This document shows, piece by piece, positions 35,818 through 43,789 of a DNA stretch of 64,000 bases (positions within the stretch are counted from its first letter, which is position 1; each line of letters begins with the position of its first letter). Both the position numbers and the translations under genes were made by a program. The DNA is taken from the NCBI GenBank assembly GCA_964587625.1, contig CAZPLU010000002.1, positions 45,816 through 109,815 of the forward strand, written 5' to 3'. The notes beneath the pieces are model-generated. The model did not search any database, was not told where the DNA came from, and saw nothing but the letters and a program-made list of their open reading frames with translations. This DNA comes from an uncultured Eubacteriales bacterium. Lineage in GTDB: Bacteria > Bacillota > Clostridia > Oscillospirales > JAKOTC01.

Positions 35818-37093
35818 ACAAAATAAGCTTACCGCCGAAAAAGACGTGAAGAACGCCGGCCTGAGCGAAGACCTACAAAAAGCGCACCTCGGATTTTTGC
35901 GTTTTTTAAGAGATACCGAGTTCTCGGTCGAAGCGGAAGACGACGGGAACGGATGGAAAATCATCGATTTGAACGCGTGCGTCGGTCATATAAATTTTGC
36001 CAACGCGGGCATTTGGATTGACGCCTGCGATTTTGGCGGCGTCGGTTGGGCGGACGAGGCCTTGAAAGAAACCACATGGGCTCACGTGAGGGTGTGCGAG
36101 CATTTCAGTTCGAACGGAACGAAGTGCGGCTGCGGCAGGCAACCGGGTTTTGACGGAAACCTTTTCGGAAAGGAATATAAAAACCTCTGTTTTGCCCGTT
36201 TGGAGTTTATAAATCCCGACATTGAAACATTGGAAAGTATTAAAAAATTGATGTTATCGTATCGGCAAAACAAAAAAAATATTGATATGACCCCATATGA
36301 ACTGATGGTCAAGACCAACCACTATTTGATCAAGGGCGGCGAGCTGACCGGCGGGCAAAAAGAAAACATCGTCCGGCGGCTGCTGGCCGCGAAAAGCACG
36401 ACCGAACAAGCCGCTCGTTTTTATACCGGGGTGCGTTTCCCGGGAAATACCGACACGGGCGGACGCAAAATGTACCCGGAATTTTTCATCCCGCCTTACA
36501 ACGGCGGCGAAAAATACAGGACCGTTCTCGGACAAACGCCCAAGACCCATATCTTGTCGGCGAATCTTTATGAGCTTGAGATTTTACGGCTTTTACACTT
36601 GTTCACGCCCGACGATCCGGAGATCAAAAATATGACCGGAAAAACGCTTGCGCGGCTCAAAACCACCTGCTTCGGTTCTCAGGACGACGGCGTCGGCGAG
36701 TGCTTCGACGCCAACCTGGTCGTGCTCCGTTTTCTGGCTGCCGCCGCGCCGCGCGAGACGGACTGGATCAACGGCCGGATCGAAAATTATAACCGCCATG
36801 CGAACGATAAAAAGCGCCCGTGGTTCAGCCGGTGGTATTTTTGGCTCTACCTGTCGGAGCTGCCGTTTGAACTGGCTAAGCCGGAGGTCGATAAATACAA
36901 GCGCGAGATGGCACATTGGCTCGATTACAAGAGCTGCGTGATGAACAGCGAATCCGACCGGATCATCCACCCGACGCTGCTGTGCATCCTGCGCAACAAT
37001 CTGGCAAGGTACCCCGAATACGCGCACATCAAAGACCGACAGCCGTTTGTGAGCGAACGTGACGGGCGATTGCATTTTGATACGGAGAAGTGA
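35810..37093 (+). CDS. Hypothetical 427-aa protein (N-terminal shared Cys module plus unknown C-terminal domain)
   Basis: Its start overlaps the UDG-like stop by 8 nt (ATGTCTGA). Contains VRVCEHFSSNGTKCGCGRQPGFDGNLFGKEYKNLCFARLEFINP. No recognisable family. Confidence 0.5.
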   Translation: MSEQNKLTAEKDVKNAGLSEDLQKAHLGFLRFLRDTEFSVEAEDDGNGWKIIDLNACVGHINFANAGIWIDACDFGGVGWADEALKETTWAHVRVCEHFSSNGTKCGCGRQPGFDGNLFGKEYKNLCFARLEFINPDIETLESIKKLMLSYRQNKKNIDMTPYELMVKTNHYLIKGGELTGGQKENIVRRLLAAKSTTEQAARFYTGVRFPGNTDTGGRKMYPEFFIPPYNGGEKYRTVLGQTPKTHILSANLYELEILRLLHLFTPDDPEIKNMTGKTLARLKTTCFGSQDDGVGECFDANLVVLRFLAAAAPRETDWINGRIENYNRHANDKKRPWFSRWYFWLYLSELPFELAKPEVDKYKREMAHWLDYKSCVMNSESDRIIHPTLLCILRNNLARYPEYAHIKDRQPFVSERDGRLHFDTEK

Positions 37094-37096
37094 TGA

Positions 37097-37414
37097 ATGA
37101 AAACCGATTTTAGAAAAATCAATCCCTGCGGCGGGTGCTGTGATGATTGCGGTTTTAGGAAAAGCGGCGAGTGCAGGGGCTGCCGTGATTCAAAAGGCAA
37201 ATGCGTAAAATTATGGTCAAACGGCTGCCGGATTTATGAGTGCTGCGAAAAGCATAACGTCTATTTTTGCGGTGATTGCGACGAATTCCCCTGCGAATGG
37301 ATTGTCAATAAAATCGGCGAATGGGACAAGCAGGGAATCGAAAAATTAAAAATGCTCCGGGAAGATAAAAAACGTTCAGCCGGTTTAAATACGATAAAGA
37401 GGGCGTTTAAATGA
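37097..37414 (+). CDS. DUF3795-type cysteine-rich protein
   Basis: 105 aa. CGGCCDDCGF...CRGC...CRIYECC...CGDCDEFPC. Confidence 0.7.
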   Translation: MKTDFRKINPCGGCCDDCGFRKSGECRGCRDSKGKCVKLWSNGCRIYECCEKHNVYFCGDCDEFPCEWIVNKIGEWDKQGIEKLKMLREDKKRSAGLNTIKRAFK

Positions 37415-38136
37415 ACAAAACCATTTTGATCACGGGCAGCGCTTCGGGCATCGGTAAAGCCACGGCCAAATTATTCGCAAAGAATCAATACAACGTCTTT
37501 CTGATCGACATTGACGAACAAAATAACCAAAACGTCGCCGACGAGATCAACAACGGCGGAAACGCTGTTGCTTTTTCCGCGGATGTGCGGATTGAGGACG
37601 AGGTCTCGAATGCGGTGAAACGATGCATTGAAGTGTTCGGCGCGCTCGACTGCGCATTCAACAACGCCGGGATCGCCGTCAGCAAAAACACGGTCGACTG
37701 CACGGAAGACATTTGGGACCGCGTGATCGACACGAATTTAAAAGGGTACTGGCTGTGCATGAGGCATGAATTAAAGCAGATGCATACGCAGGGGCACGGA
37801 AACATTGTGAACACCGCGTCCATTAGCGGCCTGATCGCCCGCGCGGGGGACATGCCGTACAACGTCAGCAAATTCGGGATCGTGGGCCTGACGAAGACGG
37901 CGGCCCTTGAAAACGCCGGTAAGAACATCCGGGTGAACTGCATATGCCCCGGCGCGGTGCAGACGCCCTGGGTGAAAAAAGTGACCAAAGGGCTGAACGA
38001 ATTGCAGCCGATGGGGAGGATCGCCCAGCCGGAGGAAATCGCCGAAGCCGTGTTGTGGCTCTGCTCCGACCGCTCTGCTTTTATGACCGGCCACGCCCTC
38101 GTACTGGACGGCGGCCGGATCGCGGGCGAGTGGTGA
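37411..38136 (+). CDS. SDR-family oxidoreductase
   Basis: TGSASGIGKATA, NNAG and YNVSK motifs. Its ATG overlaps the previous stop. Confidence 0.9.
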   Translation: MNKTILITGSASGIGKATAKLFAKNQYNVFLIDIDEQNNQNVADEINNGGNAVAFSADVRIEDEVSNAVKRCIEVFGALDCAFNNAGIAVSKNTVDCTEDIWDRVIDTNLKGYWLCMRHELKQMHTQGHGNIVNTASISGLIARAGDMPYNVSKFGIVGLTKTAALENAGKNIRVNCICPGAVQTPWVKKVTKGLNELQPMGRIAQPEEIAEAVLWLCSDRSAFMTGHALVLDGGRIAGEW

Positions 38137-38156
38137 AAGTGAAAACGGAGGGTAAA

Positions 38157-39143
38157 ATGAACGAAAAAGTAATCGACTGGCTGCTTGAAGAAAAAGAACC
38201 GTCCATCCGTTACCGGACATTGACCGAATTGCTGGAATATCCGAGTGACTGCGAAGAAGTAATGTCGGCCAAGGAAAAAGCGTTCGATTGCGAAAACGTC
38301 CGGCGCATTTTTTCAAGGACGGACGAAAAGGGGATTTTCCCCCATAAGGCGGAGTATTACGGAAATTGGACGACGTTTTGCTATCTGACCGCGCTTGCCG
38401 AATTGGGGATCACGAAAGAAGATAAACGTGTTTGGCCGATCGTCGACTGGATTTTAACCCCCGGAGAGGATAAACTCGAACGCTTTGTGCAAAAAGAATT
38501 CGCCCCCGCTTATCTGCTTGAAGAGGACAATTTGGGCGGCTGCCGTCAAATCCGCTTTTTAAGCACGCTCGTCCGGCTCGGTTATTTAGATGACCCGCGC
38601 GTGAAACGGATGATTGACGTGTTCGCGGAAAAGGGCAGATTCGACGGCGGGTATTTGTGCAAATGGAAGAAAAGCAGGCACAAGGGACAGGAACCGAAGA
38701 GTTGTTATATCGCTGCCGTACCCGCTTTGTATTTATATTCCGTCTTGCCCGCTTGTTATAGACAGGGAAAAAATTACGACGCTCTGATCGATTATTTTAT
38801 AAGCAGAGAGATTATTTACAGCAAAACAGAACCCGGGAAAATCATATGCGACACGCGGCTCGGCTTTTTCAGCACCGGTTATACGCAGATCCTCACCGTC
38901 GCAAACGCAATGGGCAAATTGGGACTGGGTGATACCCCGCAGATGAGAAGCGTGTGGGAGATCATCCAAAATAAAACGGTTGACGGGAAATACATTCTCG
39001 AAACCGAAGAAACCAAAAGGACTATTTTGATGGACAGGGTCGGAAAACCAAACAAATGGATCACTTTTCAAGTCCTCCTCGCCCAAAAAGAAGCGGGGCG
39101 CTTGTCAAACGGAAATCCGCAAAAAAGAGTCATGAACGAGTGA
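38157..39143 (+). CDS. Hypothetical protein (possibly an alpha/alpha-toroid, prenyltransferase-like repeat protein)
   Basis: 328-aa ORF with a GGAGGG RBS. MNEKVIDWLLEEKEPSIRYRTLTELL.... The family call is a guess. Confidence 0.35.
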   Translation: MNEKVIDWLLEEKEPSIRYRTLTELLEYPSDCEEVMSAKEKAFDCENVRRIFSRTDEKGIFPHKAEYYGNWTTFCYLTALAELGITKEDKRVWPIVDWILTPGEDKLERFVQKEFAPAYLLEEDNLGGCRQIRFLSTLVRLGYLDDPRVKRMIDVFAEKGRFDGGYLCKWKKSRHKGQEPKSCYIAAVPALYLYSVLPACYRQGKNYDALIDYFISREIIYSKTEPGKIICDTRLGFFSTGYTQILTVANAMGKLGLGDTPQMRSVWEIIQNKTVDGKYILETEETKRTILMDRVGKPNKWITFQVLLAQKEAGRLSNGNPQKRVMNE

Positions 39144-39171
39144 TACAACTATTTGAAAGGATGAAGCCATC

Positions 39172-39996
39172 ATGATCGAACTGCCCGAGGCCCATGTGCT
39201 TGCAAACCAGCTCAACCAGGCGTTTTTGGGAAAAACCATTGTCAGCGCCGCGGCCAACACCTCACCGCACGGTTTCGCGTGGTATTCCGGCGACCCCGCG
39301 CTGTACAACCAAAAGCTCGCCGGAAGAAAAATCACGGGCACCGCTGCTTATGGCGGGCGTCCCGAAATGCGCGCCGACGGGATGATCGTCTCGTTTTTCG
39401 ACGGCGTGCGGGCGCGCCGCCTGTCCGCGCCGGAAGAACACCCCGACAAACACCAGCTTTTGCTCGAGTTTGACGACGGCTCCGCCCTCTGCTGCACCGT
39501 ACAGATGTACGGCGGCATGACGGCTTTTCCCGACGAACCCAACGACGATTTTTACTACAACGTCGGCAGGAAAAAACCGTCCCCTTTTTCGGAGGCGTTC
39601 GACAGGTCTTATTTTGACGGGCTGTTCGAGGGGGTTAAAAAGTCGCTCAGCGTCAAAGGGCTGCTTGCGACCGAGCAGCGTATCCCCGGCCTCGGCAACG
39701 GCGTCCTACACGATATTTTATTCAACGCCCGCATCCACCCCAAGCGCAAGGCGGAAACGCTGTCCGACAGCGAGCGGGATTCGCTGCACCGCGCCGTGGT
39801 ATCCACGCTGCGTGAAATGCGGGACGGCGGCGGGCGCGACACCGAACGCGATTTGTTCGGCAATCCGGGCGGCTACGGCACCATCCTTTCAAGCAAGACC
39901 GTCGCCTACCCCTGCCGCGTCTGCGGAAACGGGCTGAAGCGCGAGGCCTATATGGGCGGCAATATTTATTACTGTCCGACATGTCAAAAGGTATAA
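39172..39996 (+). CDS. Fpg/Nei-family DNA glycosylase-like protein with Ile in place of the catalytic Pro2, paralog 1
   Basis: MIELPEAHVL... (canonical MPELPEVE). H2TH ATEQRIPGLGNGVLHDILFNARIHPK. C-terminal zinc finger CRVC-N16-CPTC. Confidence 0.8.
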   Translation: MIELPEAHVLANQLNQAFLGKTIVSAAANTSPHGFAWYSGDPALYNQKLAGRKITGTAAYGGRPEMRADGMIVSFFDGVRARRLSAPEEHPDKHQLLLEFDDGSALCCTVQMYGGMTAFPDEPNDDFYYNVGRKKPSPFSEAFDRSYFDGLFEGVKKSLSVKGLLATEQRIPGLGNGVLHDILFNARIHPKRKAETLSDSERDSLHRAVVSTLREMRDGGGRDTERDLFGNPGGYGTILSSKTVAYPCRVCGNGLKREAYMGGNIYYCPTCQKV

Positions 39997-40056
39997 GGAT
40001 GTGTATAAATTCCCATTGCATGTTTTTCAACAACTATTTGAAAGGATGAAGTCATT

Positions 40057-40896
40057 ATGATCGAACTGCCCGAGGCCTATGTGCTCGCCGAGCAAATCAA
40101 CCGCACGCTCGCCGGAAAGACGATTCAAAACGCGACGGCCAACGCCTCGCCGCACAAATTCGCCTGGTACAGCGGCGACCCGGCCGTGTACCAGCAAAAA
40201 CTGGCCGGTAAGACGGTTACATCGGCAAATCCCGGAACCGGTTACACCTGCGGCGGCAACACCGAGATCGTCTGCGGCGACATGCTGCTTGTGATCTCGA
40301 CGCCGATCAAGTACCACGCGCCCGGCGAAAAGCTGCCGGCCAAGCACCAGCTCTGGCTGGAATTCGAGGACTTCTCGTCGATGACCTGCACCGTGCAGAT
40401 GTGGGGCGCGATGTTTTGCTATCCGCTCGGCGAAAACGGCTTGCCGAAGGGATATAAAGTCAACAAAACCCCGACGCCGCTCGAGAACGGATTCGATCGG
40501 ACATACTTTGAAGCGCTGCTCTCCGGCGCGCCGAAAAATTTGTCCGCCAAGGCCTTTTTGGCCACCGAGCAGCGTATCCCGGGCTTCGGCAACGGCGTTT
40601 TACAAGACATTTTATTCAACGCGAAAATCCACCCCAAGACCAAACTTGAAAAGCTGATCGACGCGGAAGTCGAAAATTTATATCAATCGGTCAAAAAGAC
40701 GCTGTTCGCCATGACCGCGCAGGGCGGGCGCGACACCGAAAAGGACCTGTTCGGCTGCCCGGGCGGCTACAAGACCATTTTGTCGGCGAATACCCTCAAT
40801 GACCCCTGCCCCGTCTGCGGCGGCAAAATCGTGCGCGAGGCGTATTTGGGCGGCAATATCTATTACTGCCCGACCTGCCAGCCGTGGAAAAAATAA
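40057..40896 (+). CDS. Fpg/Nei-family DNA glycosylase-like protein with Ile in place of the catalytic Pro2, paralog 2
   Basis: MIELPEAYVL.... H2TH ATEQRIPGFGNGVLQDILFNAKIHPK. Zinc finger CPVC-N16-CPTC. Confidence 0.8.
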   Translation: MIELPEAYVLAEQINRTLAGKTIQNATANASPHKFAWYSGDPAVYQQKLAGKTVTSANPGTGYTCGGNTEIVCGDMLLVISTPIKYHAPGEKLPAKHQLWLEFEDFSSMTCTVQMWGAMFCYPLGENGLPKGYKVNKTPTPLENGFDRTYFEALLSGAPKNLSAKAFLATEQRIPGFGNGVLQDILFNAKIHPKTKLEKLIDAEVENLYQSVKKTLFAMTAQGGRDTEKDLFGCPGGYKTILSANTLNDPCPVCGGKIVREAYLGGNIYYCPTCQPWKK

Positions 40897-40918
40897 CAGC
40901 GAAAGGAATTGTTTTAAT

Positions 40919-41434
40919 ATGATCGAACAATTGATTTCGGAGGAGCGTTTTGACTTTATCGCCCCGGAAAACAAACAATTCATCGTCGCGTTCACAAACG
41001 CGCTCGCGGACATTGGATACACCTTCAGAGGCGAAATCGAAAGGGGCTATTGCTGGGGCAGGTATATGCTGGTTTTTACAAAAGCCAACGTCAAATCTAA
41101 AAAGGTGGCCGCGCGCATCTATATCCGCGAAAAAGGGCTCGCGCTTCGGCTGTTTTTCAACGATGTCACCAAGCACGCGCCATATATTTCGCAGGCGCCC
41201 GACTTTATCAAAGAGGTTTTCATCGGATCGTACGCCACCTGCAAGCACTGCAAGGGAGAGCGGTGCAAATTCCAAAAGACCTATGACATCGGGGGCGTCC
41301 GTTATGAAAAATGCAACGGGCTGACTTTTGAATTCCAACGTCCCGGAATGAGCCGCCTGGACGATTATCTGGGGCTGTTTAAAGAATTTTACCCGGTTTC
41401 CCGTCGCTGCGTGATGAAGATCACAAGGCCCTGA
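40919..41434 (+). CDS. Hypothetical protein carrying the shared Cys module
   Basis: 171 aa with a GAAAGGAA RBS. ATCKHCKGERCKFQKTYDIGGVRYEKCNGLTFEFQRP. Confidence 0.45.
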   Translation: MIEQLISEERFDFIAPENKQFIVAFTNALADIGYTFRGEIERGYCWGRYMLVFTKANVKSKKVAARIYIREKGLALRLFFNDVTKHAPYISQAPDFIKEVFIGSYATCKHCKGERCKFQKTYDIGGVRYEKCNGLTFEFQRPGMSRLDDYLGLFKEFYPVSRRCVMKITRP

Positions 41435-41447
41435 CCGTGCGAACCGA

Positions 41448-42533
41448 TTATTGAAACAAATATTTTATCCCCCGCGCCATACGCCTTGCGGCGGACGCGC
41501 ATTTCCGAATCGGCCCCGCGATTTTAGCCGCCCGGAGCATTTGGCGTTCCTTTAACAGTGAAAACCCGTACAGCGGGCGGCGGAAAGCGGTCTCAAGCGG
41601 CTGTTCGATGATATGTTTGAAAAACGCCTCCAATTCCGAAAAAATACGCCCCGGAAGCTCGGGGTCGAGCAGCGCGGGCTGCGACAGCATTTCCAAATAG
41701 GCCTCGTCGTTGTTGTCGAGGTATTTGATCTTTTCAATCGCAGCGTCAAAATCCCCCCGCCCGCCGACATAGACGAACGCCTTCGGATTGAAAATTTTTA
41801 CCGCTTCCGGGCTGCCCCAATAGATCGGGACCGTGTGCGCGGCGAAGCCCTCGAGGATTTTTTCCGTGATATAACCGTCTACGCGGCAGTTTTCGAAGAC
41901 CATCGAAAATTTGCGCGCCGAGGCGAACGCGAGCTTGTCCTTCACGCCGTCTTTTTGCCCGATATTGTTGCGAAAGCGCCCGCCGGAATCGATTTTTTTA
42001 TATGCGCAGAGCCGGTCGAAAAACGCCTCGCGAATGGGGTCCGCCATCCGGTTGTTACTGACCACAAAGGAACAAAACCCGGTTTTTTTAACAAAATCCT
42101 CTTTGGCCGTCAGGTGTTTGTTTATGGCGAGCGCGACGTTCTTTTCGCAGTCACCGTGGTCGAAGCAGTACGGGTGCGGCAAATGGCGGTCGCCGTAAAG
42201 AAGCGGATAACAGGTGACGGCGTAATCGTACAGATCAAAATCCGGCCAGAGGTTTTCAAACGAGATAAAAATCCTGACCGCGTTCCTGTATTTTAACGCG
42301 CCGGAATTTAACAGGCCAAAGGACGACCCGAACACATAATCGGGGTCGCCGCCGAGCTCGACTTGATAATTCTTTTCAAGCAACCGGTAAAACAGCGTCT
42401 TTTGAATTCTTTCAAACGGCATCGCAAAATCGACGAACGCCGCTTTGATTTCGGGTTTTTCCACCGCCGCCTCCCATCGTTTTTGTGAAAATCGTTTTAA
42501 ACAAAAAAGGTCGTCCCGTTCATTTTGGGACAA
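41448..42533 (-). CDS. Glycosyltransferase family 10 (alpha-1,3/4-fucosyltransferase)
   Basis: FCSFVVSNNRMADPIREAFFDRL...GGRFRNNIG...FENCRVDGYITEKILEGFAAHTVPIYWGSPEAVKIFNPKAFVYV closely parallels Helicobacter FucT (...YVTEKILDAYFSHTIPIYWGSPSVAKDFNPKSFVNV, recalled from memory). Confidence 0.85.
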   Translation of the reverse strand: MSQNERDDLFCLKRFSQKRWEAAVEKPEIKAAFVDFAMPFERIQKTLFYRLLEKNYQVELGGDPDYVFGSSFGLLNSGALKYRNAVRIFISFENLWPDFDLYDYAVTCYPLLYGDRHLPHPYCFDHGDCEKNVALAINKHLTAKEDFVKKTGFCSFVVSNNRMADPIREAFFDRLCAYKKIDSGGRFRNNIGQKDGVKDKLAFASARKFSMVFENCRVDGYITEKILEGFAAHTVPIYWGSPEAVKIFNPKAFVYVGGRGDFDAAIEKIKYLDNNDEAYLEMLSQPALLDPELPGRIFSELEAFFKHIIEQPLETAFRRPLYGFSLLKERQMLRAAKIAGPIRKCASAARRMARGIKYLFQ

Positions 42534-42608
42534 CCTTTTTATTTTATGCAGTTTTACAGTAAACCATTTACCGTTTACCGTTTATTCAATGTTTGATTTT
42601 AGGCGATT

Positions 42609-43619
42609 TCACGGATTTGATCCGCGAAAGCGTTTTTGCGCCTCTTCGATCATCGCGCGGGCGTTTTCATAGGGCACGTCGGCTTGGATGCTCTGCGCGG
42701 GCGCAAGGATATACCCCCCGCCCTTTCCCAATATCCCGACCACCTGAGAAATTTCGTCCCTGACTTCGTCCGGCGTGCCGTAAGGCAGCGTCCGCTGGGT
42801 GCTGACGCCGCCCCAGAACGTCAGCATTTCGCCGTGCTCCCGCTTGATTTTGGCCAGATCCATGCACTCGGGCTGCACGGGGTTCAGCACGTCGACGCCC
42901 ATTGTGACCAGGTCGCCCATGATGGCCTCGACGTTGCCGCACGAATGCACCCAGACGTCCTTTCCGCCCCCGTGGATCAAGTCGTATTCGCGCCGCTCGC
43001 CCGGGGCGATCATTTCGTGCCAGACGTCGGGCGACATCAGCAGCGATTTTTGGGAGCCCCAGTCGCTGCCGAGCAGTATTCCGTCGATCTCGGGGATGTT
43101 GACGATATTTTCAAGCATGACGATGTTTTTGCGGATGATCATATCCAGCAGCGATTTGGCGTATTCCGGCTCTCCGGCCATATCGGCGAGGAAATTTTCA
43201 ATCCCGCGCGCGAAATACGCCTTTTCAAAATGGCTGCCCCAGACCGTGACCAGCATATAGCAGCCCGTCGCCGCTTTGACGGCCTTGATCTTGTCGGCGA
43301 ATCCCGTATAGCTGCCGTACCCCATGGTCTTGGGCAAAAAATCCGGCGCGTCATAGTCCGAATAGGACTTGGGCAGGTCGTGCCAGTTCCACCACGGGCA
43401 GCCGAACGCGAACACGCTGTTGCCGATGCCGAGGCGGACGGCCTCGTCCAAATCGAGCCGCCCGGCCTCGTATTCGCTTTTCACCCATCCGGTGACAAAA
43501 TCGGCAATCAGCCGCTCCCCGTATGCCTCGTATGCGTCCCTCGCGAAGGTGATGGCATACGGCAGCGACGCGCAGGGTTTATGCGCGATGGCGGTCTTGA
43601 CGATGTCGTGTTTTTCCAT
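42609..43619 (-). CDS. Uroporphyrinogen decarboxylase (URO-D) family protein, MtaA/CmuA-like
   Basis: 337 aa. ...DVWVHSCGNVEAIMGDLVTMGVDVLNPVQPECMD.... GGAGGC RBS precedes ATG 43619. Confidence 0.7.
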   Translation of the reverse strand: MEKHDIVKTAIAHKPCASLPYAITFARDAYEAYGERLIADFVTGWVKSEYEAGRLDLDEAVRLGIGNSVFAFGCPWWNWHDLPKSYSDYDAPDFLPKTMGYGSYTGFADKIKAVKAATGCYMLVTVWGSHFEKAYFARGIENFLADMAGEPEYAKSLLDMIIRKNIVMLENIVNIPEIDGILLGSDWGSQKSLLMSPDVWHEMIAPGERREYDLIHGGGKDVWVHSCGNVEAIMGDLVTMGVDVLNPVQPECMDLAKIKREHGEMLTFWGGVSTQRTLPYGTPDEVRDEISQVVGILGKGGGYILAPAQSIQADVPYENARAMIEEAQKRFRGSNP

Positions 43620-43789
43620 TCCGAAAAATGCCTCCGATGCGACGAATTCTGATTTTATTTTATAACATTTCCGCCGAATCCGCAACCCCGAAAACATCAG
43701 CCCTCGGAACTTGACAAATCCGTTCCGACATAGTATCATCAAGCCGCGGACTTAAAAACGCAAAAAAACGCATGGCGAAGGATGTTTTT

